Of a DNA stretch of 64,000 nucleotides, positions 1-13,255 are shown piece after piece. The translations under genes were made by a program, and so were the position numbers. The first letter of the stretch is position 1. Each line of letters opens with the position of its first letter. Under the pieces are notes generated by a model that saw only the letters and a list, made by a program, of their open reading frames with translations, was not told where the DNA came from and did no database searches. Origin of the DNA: Ginglymostoma cirratum (Eukaryota); the NCBI GenBank assembly GCA_024137785.1, contig JAHRHZ010000144.1, forward strand, positions 80,299,606-80,363,605, in the 5' to 3' direction.

Positions 1-893
1 TGGGAGAGAAAAAGAGAGAGAGACCTCCTCAGTTAATATTTACAACCCCAGTGCCAATAATAATAATAATAAATCATTAACCTTTACTAAATCAAACAAA
101 GGGGATTGGGAGACCCCCCCCCCCCCGATCGCTTGACCACAATGGACCCTTTCTTTTCCTTCGGGTATTTTTTTTAAAGATTGTCTTTAATTACTTCCCA
201 TCTGATTTGTTCAAATTGTGAATGACTTTGTTTCCGTTTCGTTTCTTTCTTCTCTTTCTCTCCCCACCCCCAAAAACAAAATGAACAATGAAGGCCCATT
301 GCTTTAATTTCAGACTTTTGTTGTATCGCAGGCAGCCCTGTCTCCTCAGGTTCAGGTTCTCTGCCTACTCTGCACTATTCCTGAGGAAGGGAGGGGGAAT
401 TGTGTTTTTTTTTTTGCTTATACAGTTCTCCGCTTGTTGATAGGGACGGGTGGGGGTGGGGTAAGGTCTTAATTTCCGTTGGTGGGATGTGAATTTGGCA
501 GGAAGTTTACTGGAAAAAGGAGGTGGTGGTCAGGGTGAAAATCCCGCGCATGTGCAGGAAAAGATCTATTATCCTGCAAAAAAAGGGACGCAGCTGCCTT
601 AAAACCTTGTAACGGCACAAAAAAAATCACCCTTTAATGGCATTTTCGCCCTATTTACTGCATGAGTCTTTTGTTGTGCGTTTGCCGATCGCGCCATCGT
701 GGATAAAACATGTTGCGATGCTTTCTTAAAAGAAGCGGTGCTAAATCTGTCAGTCCTGTAATCTAATGGGCCTTGTGGAGGCAAACAATCGATTACTGGA
801 ACAACACAAAGCAGTTTTTTTTTCTAACTTGTTAGTTTTATTATTTTATCCATTATCAGATGTTTAAAGCTTGTAATTTGTATTTTTTTTTAG

Positions 894-1167
894 GAATTCT
901 GTGAATATTGAATTATGAGGCTGTCCTTTGTTGCACTCCCCACTTTTCCTGGATTGCTGCTATCTTGTTAGGATTTTGACGCTCCCCTCTCATCCAGCTG
1001 CTCCTGAAAACACACATGGTGCATTGTTGTCGTTCCCCAGATCGTGTCTGTTCACCAGAACTGTTCAGTAACCTTCAGCAAGCAGATCTGCGACCTCTAG
1101 GATAAATATAAAGTAGTTTGTTTTGCAGACCTAGTGCCCTTGTTTCTGCTGTGGCTGCACTGCAAAA
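894..1167 (+). other. CLASP1: Probable 5' UTR portion of the first coding exon of CLASP1
   Basis: Polypyrimidine tract plus AG (tatttttttttag, ending 893) 274 nt upstream of the ATG. The acceptor is inferred from sequence only. Confidence 0.6.
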
Positions 1168-1362
1168 ATGGAGCCTTGCATGGAGTATTTCTTGGCACAA
1201 GTGCTGCAGAAAGACATGGGACGTCGGGTGCAAATTGCTCAGGAGCTGATAGAGTACATCACAGATCGCCAAAAATCCCATGATCTGGAACAGGACCAAT
1301 CTATGCTGGATCGAATGGTTGATGGCCTTGCTGCTGGTTGGGTAAACTCCAGTAACTTCAAG
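1168..1362 (+). CDS. CLASP1: CLIP-associating protein 1, first coding exon (TOG1 domain N-terminus, 65 codons)
   Basis: MEPCMEYFLAQVLQKDMGRRVQIAQELIEYITDRQKSHDLEQDQSMLDRMVDGLAAGWVNSSNFK closely matches the human CLASP1 N-terminus (MEPRMESCLAQVLQKDVGKRLQVGQELIDY...WVNSSNYK). Ends at AAG|gtatgc donor, phase 0. Confidence 0.96.
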
Positions 1363-1888
1363 GTATGCTTATGCTGGACAGCTGAAATATCCGAAAAAAA
1401 CTAGCTGTTGGTAACAAAAAAGAATTGCTAAAAAAGACATTTTGCCAAAGTTTTTCATCTTCCGTTCATCAGGACAAACACAAGAATGCCATACTTCAAA
1501 TGCTCACAACAATAGAGTTATTTTCTAATCCGTCTGTTCAGAGCTGTTTTTACACACTCCTAGAGCAGGTGAGATTTGAACCCAGGCTTTGTGTTCAGAG
1601 GTATGGATGGTACTATTGTACCACAAGATCCCTCACAATAAGATATACTATGGGAGAAAAGTTCCCTGATTGGTTGGCAAGTCAACTGATCAACGATTTG
1701 CCGTAGAGAAACCAAAAACGTTGGAAATCATAGAAAATTTGTTCTTGTACGTGTGTCCCGAAGAGTGGAAGATGAACAGCTTTGGAAATGTGTCTGTCCT
1801 TGCAGCAATGTAAAGGTGTTTTTTTGTTTGCTGGTAAAATACGTACATCTGAATTATGGTTAAGCAACTGGACTTGTAATCCAGAGAA

Positions 1889-2226
1889 TCATAGAATCTC
1901 TACAGTGTGGAAACAGGCCATTCAGCCCATCAGGCCACACCAAACCTCCAAAGAGCATCCTGCCTAGACCCACCCCATCCCTGTAACCCTGTATTTCCCA
2001 TGGCAAGTCCACTTAGCCTGCACATCCCTGGACTCTGTGCAATTTAGTGTGGCTTATCCGACTAAACTGCACTTCATTGGACCGTGGGAGGAAACCGGAG
2101 GAAGTGCATGCAAACATGTGGAGAACACACAAACTCCACACAGACAATCGCCCAGGGCTGGGATCAAACCCAAGTCCCTGGCACTGAGAGGCACCAGTGC
2201 TTACCCCACTGAGCTACCATGCTGTC
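1889..2226 (-). mobile_element. HE1-like shark SINE
   Basis: tRNA-like head plus CR1-type 3' tail (ggcctgtttccacactgtagagattctatg on the - strand); recurs at 23610, 28745, 35971 and 57898. Confidence 0.8.
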
Positions 2227-3519
2227 TGACCTGGCCTAATAATCAAAAGTCAGTCAGTCAGTCATCTAAATCTGGAATAAAAAGCCTGTCTTAATAAAGT
2301 CTTGACTGTGAAACTGTTGAATTGTTGTTAACAACCTGTCCAGTTTTCTCACATCCTTTTAGGAAAAGAAACATTTTAACTTTGCCCAGTCTGAGCTGTG
2401 TTTCATCAGACCTATACAATGTATTTGGCTCTCAACTGTCTTCTGACAAAAACCACTTCAGTTGATACCGTTGTGTTTTTTTGTTTGAAGTCATTTAGGA
2501 ATGGCAGTAAATACTGATATTCAGGGAGGCCTGCATCCTGTGAATTAACAAATTGTTTAAAAAGTATATTTTTGTAGCATATTTCCCTGATTTCAGTCAT
2601 GTATTTGGGACCTCATTGGCTCAGTTGGTAGCACTCCTGCCTTTGAACTGGAGGAATGGTGCAGGCTTGGAGGGCCAAAGGGCCTGTTCCTGTGCTGTAA
2701 TTTTCTTTGTTCTTTGTTCTTTGTTCTTTGAACCTGAGTTCAAATCCTACTGCACGACCTGTTTACTACAGACTGAATTTTGTACGACATAAAGCAGGTT
2801 TAGTCTGCATGTAAAATCCTTCCATTAGACCACACCATTTTTTCAAAGGAGGCAAGTGTGAAATTACATCAAACATGCCAGTTTATTGCTTTTTAATAAA
2901 GGCAGCTGTTATTAGTAATTCTAATCTTCATTAGAGAAATAAATTTTGTATGAAAAATTTGTGCCTCTGGATTTCTACCCTCCTTTCATAAAAGAAAAGC
3001 TTTGGAATGTTTTGCCTGAGGACCTCGTCTTTTGATGATTTGCAGGAAATCCTTACTCATTGTATGCTTTTGTAATCAGTTTTCCCAACCTTATCCATCT
3101 CATATAAGTTGTCCAACTGGAAAGAATATAGAATTACACCCATTATTTCTGAAAAGTCTAATTGTATTTTGTAAGAATTTGTGTTTTTCCTGAAAATGAC
3201 TGAAATATGTGAGGACTGTTAGGATATCTAAGGGGCTCTAAAGCTGGTTATTGTTTTGATTCCCTCTCATGTACCTCTTCTAAGGGCTTGAAATGTCTGT
3301 TGTATTTGTGTACTAAAAAAAGCATAAATATGAATGTTGGACATTATACAAAAGAGATCAGTTTTCTTGTGATGAAGTGATCAATTTTAAGGAGCAATAT
3401 AATTTTGTCATGGTAAAGTTGAGAAATCCTTGTAGGATGGTAAATTTCAAGTTTGGAAATTTGTGAAGACCAGCATGAGCAGTCGTCATGTGTTTTCTGC
3501 CACAGCTGTCTTACTTGTA

Positions 3520-3990
3520 CTTACCTTGGAGGAATGCAATAAAGGTTCATTAGGCTGATTTCTGGGATAAGGAGGTTATATTATGAGATTGAGGAGACAA
3601 GGCGTGTATTCCCCAGAATTCAGAAAAGCAAAAGATGATCTCTACATTTAAAATTTTAAGAGGCTTGATAGGATAGATGCTGATAAGGTGTTCCCCTTCT
3701 CGAGCTAGGGACGATGGTCTCAGGATAAGGAGTCAGTCAATTTTGCACCGACGTGATGGGAAACTTCTTTACTCGGAGAGTTGTTAAAATTTGAACTCTA
3801 CCATACGGGCTTGTGCAGACATAATCAGTGAGTACATTCAAGATTGAAATTGATAGTCCCCCAAAAATCTAAGGGAATAGTATGGAAAAATGGTGCTAAT
3901 GTAGCTGTTCATCTATGATCTTATTGAATGGTGGAGTAGGTTTAATGGCTGCATCAGCTACTCCTAGTCGTGATCAAATGTTCTTATGTT
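3520..3990 (+). mobile_element. CR1 LINE 3' fragment
   Basis: Degenerate RT C-terminus and 3' UTR similar to the other CR1 copies. Confidence 0.65.
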
Positions 3991-5794
3991 TGGTTGGAGA
4001 GAGTAGATTTTGCATTTTTTGAGGATTGGCAATCTCCGGCTTTTGTATCCTAGACTTGGAACAGATTACTGGAAATGCTATTTCTGTTCTAGGGAATGTC
4101 TAATTCTGCATTCAGTTAATGTCGGTGATACTTCAATCTGAACTACAAAACCAGCTGAATACTACAAATGGGATGCATTTCACACAAATCCCAGATGAAT
4201 CCACTAGTAGAGTTTTTGCATATCTAGGGTTTTGTAAATCAAAGTACTGTATACGTAAATTAATTTTTAAAATTCTGTACAGATCCAACTGTAAATATTT
4301 TCAAATCAAATCTAAATCCTTGACACTTGATATGATAAAACAGAAGGAGTCTGTTTCAAATCCATCCAAGGAAAATAAGATGAAAAGAGACACACAATTT
4401 CAGTATCTGAGAGAAATGTATAAATTTATTCAAATTATATTTGCTGTCATAATAAATACTTCAGTTTCAATTTTTATTTTCATTTACTCCTCTCTTTCTG
4501 AAGGGTGGTGAAAGTAACACTCTTGCCCTTACCCAAGTGACTTCAAAAGTCACTTGAAGTCTGTTCATCCCAATTCCAATATGCTGCTCAGTGTACGTTT
4601 GAACGTTCCTACTCGGAGATTTTGGTTGGGATCCTAGTGCTTATGTATGTTACTTTTTTGCCTGTCTTACAGCATAGAGGTCAGTTGCAGCAGCCTTACT
4701 CTTGTGCAATTGGCTACCTCCAAATTTCTGAAACATGTTGGCCAAGGTTTTTCCACAGTTATTTTATGTATTTTCCTCGTGAGCAAATTGCATTCATTGT
4801 TTTTTTTAAAGAAAATCTAGCAGGGCAATTAATTGAATTATGATGTTTTCAAATCTATCTCCAGTATGATGGGCAACTTTTAGTTATCAGAAAGGATAGA
4901 TATGCCAATAGATAAAATTATAAATGTGTTAATGTTAATCAACTGAATGATATTTATCTGCAGTTGGCCAGTGAGTATTTATTTTTATGCTGGCTTCCAT
5001 TCCTTCGGGGCCATATCAGCTCCAGACCAAACCATTGCCAGTGCTGTCCTGCCTTTCTACCTTCATGATGCACTAACTTCAGTTCATCCAAAAATTCTGC
5101 TGCCAGTATCCTACCTCAGTCATCTATCACAATGATGTCGGTGTGCTCCCAGACATCCCATCATATCCAATCCAAAATTCTCTTCCATGTGTTCATGTTT
5201 CTTCAATGGCCTTGTATGTCCCTATTTCCAACCTCCAACAACCCTTTAGTTTATCCATGTAGAGCTTGACTAATAATGATTATTTCCCTATATGGCAAGT
5301 GTTGGAATTTTTGTAGAACATTTCCATTATTAAGTTATTTGTTTGACACTGTTCAATAGAAGTAACATCCTTTCTTAGGAAATTGTCAGGAAGTACAACA
5401 GTTTGGCTTTTTAAGTAGGATTGTAGGGGTAACCAATGGTGTGCATGGAGGCTGGGATTCCCCAGAGTTATTCTTCATTACTTTTGGAACCTGTTATGAT
5501 AAAGGACTTTGTGTTTACACTTGGATTAAGGATAAAGTTGCCATAATCACAGAAGACCATCGTGCTGCACACTTGTTGGTCATCATGCCTCCGGCGAGGG
5601 GAGAGATAACTGCCACTGATGCAGGAATTGAATCGGATACAGTTTTCAACCAATGCAAGTGATGTCACTTGATGTTAGTCTGTGTTGCAAACCAGCTGTC
5701 CAGCCAACTTAGCTAACTTCATGGAGTCTGTTCTATGGATTCTACATGCATGTGGAATATTGTCAGGAGAGCTAAAAAGCAGTTTTAGTTGTCA

Positions 5795-6190
5795 TCTTCA
5801 TACTGGGGAGACCACATGAAGATTAGATGACCATTTTGTCGAATACCTCTGCTAAGCCTGCAAGAATGGCTTTAAACTTCTGGTTGCTTGTCATTTCAAT
5901 TCACCTTGTTGTCATGTTCACATTTCTGTCCTCCGCCTGCTTCAGTGTTTAGTGGAGCTTGATGCAAGCTTGAACTGCAAAGGCCACATTTTCTGATTAG
6001 CCACTTTACAGCCTTCTGGACCTTACGTTGAGTTCAAGAATGTCAGAAACTCTACCCATTTTGATATTTTCATTCCTTCATTTTTACTCCCCTTTTGAAG
6101 AAGATCATCTTTGACTTGCAATACTAACGTTGTTTCTTTCTGTACAAATGCTGTCAGACCCGCTGAGCATTTCCAGCAATTTGTGATTGC
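5795..6190 (+). mobile_element. Degenerate Penelope-like (Neptune-type) GIY-YIG fragment plus terminal repeat
   Basis: LHTGETT*RLDDHFVEYL..VACHFNSP..ISVL.LLQC, followed by the tail (cagacccgctgagcatttccagca) shared with family-B short elements. Confidence 0.65.
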
Positions 6191-6939
6191 TGAAAGTAGG
6201 TGGTTTCCTTTTTGTTAACAAGTAATTGGGGCCTACCTTTCATCTGATGTATGCTGCTTCTAATTTTAATGTTTTCAAAAAAATGTAATACATAGCAAGT
6301 TGTGCATTTCAATAGATCATATTTCATCTCTTGCTTTATTATTCCAGTCCTCTGTTCTGAAAGTACATTTGCTGCATTAGAATTTTCTGGTCATTGTTGA
6401 CAGTCTATCACCTTGCAGAATTGACCACATATTGTGTACAAGGGCAGTGTTTTTAATAATCATCCGTACATCCCTCCAAAGGGATTGAAGAACAGTCAGT
6501 AGTTTTGGGCAGTCCAGCTAGGATTTTTGTCTTGTTCATTACTACCTAAGGATTATTTGAGGTAACTTCTGATACTCAATGTTTTGTGTTAACAGAAATT
6601 ATGCATCTCAGCAGTTTTGTATGTCAGTCTCTCAACTATTAAGGGAGTGTATAGGAGTATGAAACTTTAATAGTCGTGGCTCTTTCCTAATGTGTTTGTC
6701 TGCTAGCTTACCATTTAGATGCATGTTTATGACCAAAATACCACTACTTCATTTAATATTGTGCATACAGTTCATTGCCCCTGTAATTCATTGTGGTTCT
6801 CATGTTCTAGATTAACCTACAATTTTTTTTTCTGCTCCAAAATCAAAAGCCCTGATGGGTTTAGTATAAACCAAAGCTACGTCATTGGTCTGATGAACTT
6901 TTGAAGCCAGGGTACTTGGGGAAATAAACAGTGATGTCT

Positions 6940-8400
6940 TGAAGAGTTTGTTACAGAAGAGGAAGCGCTGGAGGCCTTAAAACATTTAAAGGTAGATAAA
7001 TCCCTGGGAACTGACTACGTTTCCCAGAACTTTGTGGGAATCCAGGGAAGTGATTGTTGGGCTCCTTGCTGAGATATTTGTATCATAGGTAGCCATGGAT
7101 GAAGTGCAGGAAGACTGGAGGTTGGCTAATGTGGTGCCATTATTTAAGGCTGTAAGGAAAAGCCAGGGAACTATAGACTGGTGAGCCTTACATCAGTGGC
7201 CAATAAGTTGTTGGAGGGGAATCTGAGGGACAGGATTTACATGTGTTGGAAAAGCAAGGACTGATTAGGAATTGTCATCGTGGCTGTGCATGCGGGGAAT
7301 CATGTCACTAACTTCATTGAGTTTTTATTTGAAGAGGTGACAAAGAATGATGAAGGTTCCACTTGGTGGACTGTTTAGTAAGGTTAGATCACATGGGATC
7401 TGGGGGAGCTAGCCAATTGGATACAAAATTCTCTTGAAGGTATGAGACAGGGTGGTGGTAGAGGGTTGCTTTTCAGACTGGAGGCCTGTAACAAGTGATG
7501 TGTCAGAAGAATCTGCGCTGGATCCACTGCTTGTCGTCATATATGTAAATAATTTGGTTGTGAGTATAGGATGTATTAATAGAAAGTTTGCAGATGATTC
7601 TAAAATAGGTGGTAGTGGACAGTGAAGAAGATTATTTCGGTGTTCAATGCGACCTTGATCAGGTGGGCCAATGGGCTGAGGAGTGTCAGAGGAGTTCAAT
7701 TTTGTTAAATGTGAGATGTTATATTTTGTAAGGCAAACCATGGCAGGACTTAAACAGTTAATGGTAGGGCCCTAGGTAGTGTTACCAAACAAAGAAACCT
7801 GAGATGCAGGTGGATAGTTCCTTGAAAGTGGAGTCGTGGGTAGACTGGGTGCTGAAGGCGTTTGGCACACTTGCCTTCATCGGTCAGAACATTGAGTATA
7901 GGAGTTGGGAGGTCATGTTGCTGTTATGCAGGACATTGAGGCCACTTTTAGCATACTACATTCAGTTCTGGTCACTCTTCTATAGGAAAGATGTTGTTAA
8001 ACTTGAGAAGGTGCAGAAAAGATTAGTGAGGATATTGCCAGGACTGGAGTGTTTGAGTTATAAGAGAGTTTGGATAAGTTGGGGCTTTTTTCCCCTGGAA
8101 TGTCTGAGGCTCTGCGGTGACTTTATAGATGTTCATAAAATCATGAGGGACATGGATAAGGTGAGTAGCCAAGCTCTTTTCCCCAGGGTGGGAGAGCCCA
8201 AGACTAAAGGACAAATGGTTAAGGTAAGAGGGGAAAGATTTTGTAAAGGACCTGAGGGCTAACTACTTAATAGTGGTGGTGGTGCATGTACGGAATGAGC
8301 TGCCAGAGGAAGTGGTGGATGTGGGGACAATTACAACATTTAAAAGGCATCTGAATGGGTATATGAATAGGAACGGTTTAGAGCGATTATTGGGAATGCA
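6940..8400 (+). mobile_element. CR1 LINE ORF2 (RT) fragment, frameshifted
   Basis: VDKSxG, WRLANVVPLFK, NYRxVSLTS, KFADDSK and LEKVQKRLVRILPGL motifs. Confidence 0.88.
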
Positions 8401-8574
8401 TAAATGGTCATTTTTAGCCTGCTACTTGCTCTCTACCCTTGCTTCCAGTTACATCTCTCAACTTGGTCAACCAGACCCTGCCTTGATGTCCTATGTGACT
8501 TCGATCTAGGCTTCTGACATCATAGCTACTCCGTCATAAAGAATGATCATTTCCATATCTAATATTTCCACCGT

Positions 8575-8968
8575 TTTTTAATTCGCTGATGGGACCTGGG
8601 TATTGCTGGCTGGCTGGCCAATATTTATATCCTGTCCCGAGTTGCCCTTGAATTGAGTTACTACCTAGGCCATTTCGCAGGGTAATTGAGAGTCCTCTAC
8701 ATTGCTGTGGGTCTGGAGTCACAGGTAGGCCAGATCAGGTGAGGATAGCAGATTTCCTTCCCTGAAGGACATTAGTGAGCCAGATGGTTTTTCCTGACAA
8801 TCAGCAATGATTTTGTGGTCATCAATATATTTTTAATTCCAGACTTTTTAAAATTAAATTCAAACCCTACCTTCTGCTATGGTGGGATTTGAACCCAGGT
8901 CCCAAAAATATTAGCTGTGTTTCTGAATTAATAATCTAGCAATAATAACACTAGACCATTGCCTCCCC
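8575..8968 (-). mobile_element. tRNA-derived SINE, second family
   Basis: Reverse-complement homolog of 24122-24470; appears to interrupt an old L2-like fragment. Confidence 0.78.
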
Positions 8969-10769
8969 TGCTTCATGCTACCTGTAACTGAAATACTTAC
9001 CCATGTTCTTTGTTTACAAGTTTAGCTGTTCCAGTTCTTTCCTGGTCTACTCCTCATCTCCATCATCCAGCTGTCCCAAACACTGCCCTATTCTGTCTCA
9101 CTTTCCCCAGTGCCTTTAATATTTCTGAACAATTTAGAATTTGTATTTGTGTCCTTAAGTTACTTTATGGCCTGGCATTTGTTTATTTCTAACACCCTTT
9201 GGCTATATAAAAGCCCAGTACATGCTTCCTCTGACTCTGGCCTTTTGTGTGCCACCCTTCCCCAAACCCCTTCATTCTCCATTGGAAACATTTTAACCCT
9301 CTTCCTACCCTAAATCTCTGTCTTTCTGTTTGCTCTCTCCCTTTGAAAATTCTCTCTAAAATTATCATCTTTGACTAAGCTTTTTGTGATTTCCACTGAT
9401 ATCTGTCTTTTGGCCTGGTCATTTTTCTGTTTATAGTTTGATCATTTGGTGTCTTTTTTCTATGTAAAAGGCATGACATAAATGCAAGTTGTTAATCATG
9501 TTGCTTTTAAATTTCAAGAAATTGGCTCCTGTAATAGTCATTGGATAATTATTCAGAGTGTCAAGTTGAGTCGCATATTTACTGAAGGTTTTATATTTTT
9601 GTCTGTACTAGATTTACACAACTTAATTGCTATTAAGGATTGGGAAAATTAGGAGGTGTTTCAGCTCTTGGTTGCAATTCATTGACTTCTGCAGAGTGGA
9701 CATATGAATATCGAATGAACGTGAGAGGATGGAGTTGCATGTGAAATCCTCTGGTAAATAGCCTTCAGTATTCACTGTCTACGTTTGTGGATAAAGATGG
9801 TTGGTGAGACTTTGTGGAAATATATGCCTTCATGAACCTACACCTTTCGTACAAAAGATGACAATTGATTAAAGAAAAGTCAAGGAATGGTCTGTACAGA
9901 ACAAGCCATACACTTACTCCTTTGTTCCTAATAATAGGGCTTCTTTTTCTCTGCAAGATGTTTTTCATACTATATAGGCTGATAGTGAAGAAATTTCCCT
10001 TGTGTAGTAAGTGATATTCTTGTTAATTTTAAGTTCCCTGCAATGCGATGCCCTAGAAGTCTAGGGTAGGCTTGACATGTATGTTTGATACCTTGAAGAG
10101 ATGAGCATTTTTTGAGGGGTAGGGTACGTCAGTAACAGAAGCCAGTGGAGAGAACTGGATTTTCTAAGACTTGAAATGGAATTCTTTTAAAAATTGTATA
10201 CCGATTCAAGTGGTGTTTGAATTTCTTTTGGGTATACTTGTAATCCTTTTCCTAATTTTGAAAATTATCCTCTTCTCACCGCCTTCCCTGCTTTGGAAGT
10301 TGCCAAATTTTCACGATGGTGGTCTGAACCTAAGAGGTCAGGTAGAGACTAGGACTGTCAGGAAGCTTTCTTAACTTGGCTTCAGTTGCAAATCTGCTTT
10401 CTAATTCTGAGCATTAATTATTTTTCAACACGCAGGCTAATAGTAAGGTTTTCTTCTTTTTGAGTTTGTAGAGTCAAAGGGTGATCATGATAGAAATAAC
10501 AGCTGGTGAGAATTAAGTTTCCAAATTGTGCAGCTCTCTACAGTCAAAGGGACTATCTTTTTGAGGCTGAGACTTTAGCTTTGATTTTCAATAAAAATCT
10601 TGCTACTTTCTGTTTTCATTCTCATGGTTTCCTGTAGCTTAGCTGTTTTAATTTAACAAAGTGTCAGATGCTGTTAGTACCTGCCCAAAGCACTGGTTGT
10701 CATGGCGAATGTTAGTGGCTTGCTTGCTCCTGTTAGCATCTGATGTGTACACATTAGTTTTCAGAACAA

Positions 10770-11210
10770 CAGTGGAAACAGTTCAGAGAAGGTTGACCAG
10801 ACTAATACCTGGATTGAGCAGATTGCCTTATGTGGAGGGGCTGGACAGGCTAGGCCCGTATCCTGTGGAATTCACGAGTCACAGGTGACTTAATTGAAAC
10901 ACAGATCCTGAAGGGTCCTGACTAGGTGGATGTGGAAAAAAATGTTTCCTCTTGTGAGAGAATCTATGACTAGAGGCCATAGTTTAAAACTAAAGGGGTA
11001 CACATTAAGACAAAGAAGATGAAAAAGATGTTCCTAGAATTCCCTTCCTCAAAAGCAGTGAATGCAGAATCTTTATGTATTTTTAAGGCTGTAGTAGATA
11101 GGTTCTTGATTAGCAAAGAAATTTGAAGATTACCATGGGGATGTAGAATTGAGGTTAAAATCAAATCGGCCTCAATCTTCCTGAATAGCAGAGTAGGTTC
11201 GAAGGACTGT
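10770..11210 (+). mobile_element. CR1 LINE 3' fragment
   Basis: ETVQRRLTRLIPGLSRLPY..LDRLG. Confidence 0.75.
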
Positions 11211-11529
11211 TGCTGCATGCAAACATTACCAGATAAAATCTGGCACCTGCATATGCGAATAGATATTAGAACAGATCGATCAAAAACTCACTTGGAACTG
11301 TGGTTAAGGACAACTTAAGAATTTAGCTAGTTTTAAGGGGGGAAAAACCCATGAGCTGGAAGCTAGATACTTCAAAGCACTACTCTACTGGTGGAATGAA
11401 GGAAATAGATGTGCCCAATGTCAGAATTGGAGGCTGTGGATTTTTGGGATGGAGGAAGTCAGGGAGAGAAAAGAAGGGACGAGAACACCAGGATGGGAAT
11501 TTTAAAATTATGTTGCTGGACCAGGAAGT

Positions 11530-13255
11530 CGGACCACCCAAAGATAAAGGAGGGAATATGTACTTGGAGGCAGAGAAAGTGGGTGAGTTCCTAAATGAGT
11601 ACTTTGCGTCGGTATTCACCCAGGAAAAGGATATGGAGGATAGTGAGATTTGTATGGAGCATGCTAATATGCCACGGCATTTTGAGATCATGAAAGAAGT
11701 GGTGTTGGATCTTTTGAATGGCATTAAAGTGGATAAGTCCCAGGGCCCGATGGTATCTACCCCCGGTTATTGCAAAAAGGCAAGAGAGGAGATTGCTGTG
11801 GCCTTGACCAAGATCTTTGTATCCTTGCTAGTTACTGGAGAGGTCCCAGAGGACTAGCATGTAGTTAATGTTGTTCCTCTGTTTAAGAAGGGAAATTGGG
11901 ATAATCCAGGAGATGGTGAATCTCACATTGGTGGTTGGGAAGCTATTGGAGAGAATTCGCAGTGAGAAGATTTATGCACATTTGGAAAAGCATGCCCTAA
12001 TTAGGGACAGTCAGCATGGCTTTGTGCAGGGCAGGTCATGTCTTATTAACTTGATTGAATTTTTCAACGAGGTACAAAGGTGATGGAAGAGGGTAGAACA
12101 GTGGATGGCTTTTGACACCGTTCCTCGTGGTAGGCTCATCCAGAAGATTAAGATGCATGGGATCCATGCTGACTTGGCTGCGTGGATTCAGAATTGGCTT
12201 GCCCATAGAAGTCAAAGTATGGTGGAAGTGTGTTTCACAGGCTGGATGTCCGTGACTAATGGTGTTCTGCAGGGATCCATACTGGGACCTCTGCTGTTTG
12301 TGATATATGTAAATGACTTGGATGAAAATGTAGATGTGTGGGTTAGAAAGTTTGCAGATGATACAAAGATGGGTGGAGTTGTGGGTAGTGTAGAAGGTTG
12401 TTAAAAGATATGGCAGGATATGTATCAGTTGCAGATATGGACGGAGAAATGGCAGATGGAGTTTAATCTGGGTATGTGAGAGGTACAGCACTTTGGGAGA
12501 TCAAATGTTAAGGAAAAGTACACAGTTAAAGGCAGGACTCTGAACAGCGTTGATGTACAAGAAGGATCTTGGGGTTCAAGTCGATAGCTCCCTGAAAGTA
12601 GCCATGCAAGTCGATAGGGTGGTAAAGAAGGCGTGCGGCATGCTTGCCTTTATCGGTCGGGGAATTGAGTACAAGAGTCGGGATGTCATGTTGCAGCTTT
12701 ATAAGACTTTGCTTAGGCCACCTTTAGAGTATTCTGTTCAATTTCGGTTGCCACATTATAGGAAGGATGTGGAGGCTTTGGAGAGCGTGCAGAAGAGGTT
12801 TACCAGGATGCTGCCTGAGTTAGAGGGTATGAGTTATAAGAAGAGGCTGGAAAAACTTTGTTTTCTCTTGAGCGACGCAGGCTGAGGGGAGACGTGAATT
12901 GAGATGCATTGGTAGGGTTGACGGTCAGACTGCTTTTTTTCCCCAAGAGTTGAAATGTCTAATACTAGGGGGGCATGCTTTTAAGGTGACAGGAGAAAGT
13001 TCAAAGGAGATGTGGGGACAAGTTTTTTTTTTACACACAGCAGTAGGAGTTTGGAACATGCTGCCAGATGTGGTGGTGGAGGCAGATACAATAGGGGCAT
13101 TTAAGGGACTTTAGATAAGCACATAATTATGCAAGGAATGGAAGGATGATGACCAGTGGTAGGCAGGAGGGATTAGTTTCATTTGGCCTCCTGTTCGGCG
13201 CAACATTGCGGGCCATTGGACCCATACCAGTGCTGTACTGTTCTATCTTCTACGT
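11530..13255 (+). mobile_element. CR1 LINE ORF2 (RT) 3' fragment
   Basis: LNEYFASVFT, QHGFVQGRSCLINL, QGSILGPLLFVIYVNDL, KFADDTK, LESVQKRFTRM; ends in the CR1 tail tgctgtactgttctat. Confidence 0.92.

Noticed and set aside
499-555. ETS-like CAGGAAGT and NRF1-like GCGCATGTGC as the CLASP1 promoter
   Set aside because: Short imperfect motifs; the TSS cannot be placed and may lie outside the window.
1363-1371. Donor GTATGCTTA resembles the U12-type GTATCCTTT, which would make the U4atac host intron a minor intron
   Set aside because: +5 is G (U2-type), and the acceptor has a polypyrimidine tract with no TCCTTAAC branch site; an ordinary U2 intron.
1363-1404. ORF-track extension VCLCWTAEISEKN after the first CLASP1 exon
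   Set aside because: Read-through into the intron; homology resumes at 62921.
4119-4511. 130-aa ORF
   Set aside because: AT-rich, no recognisable domain or splice context; likely chance.
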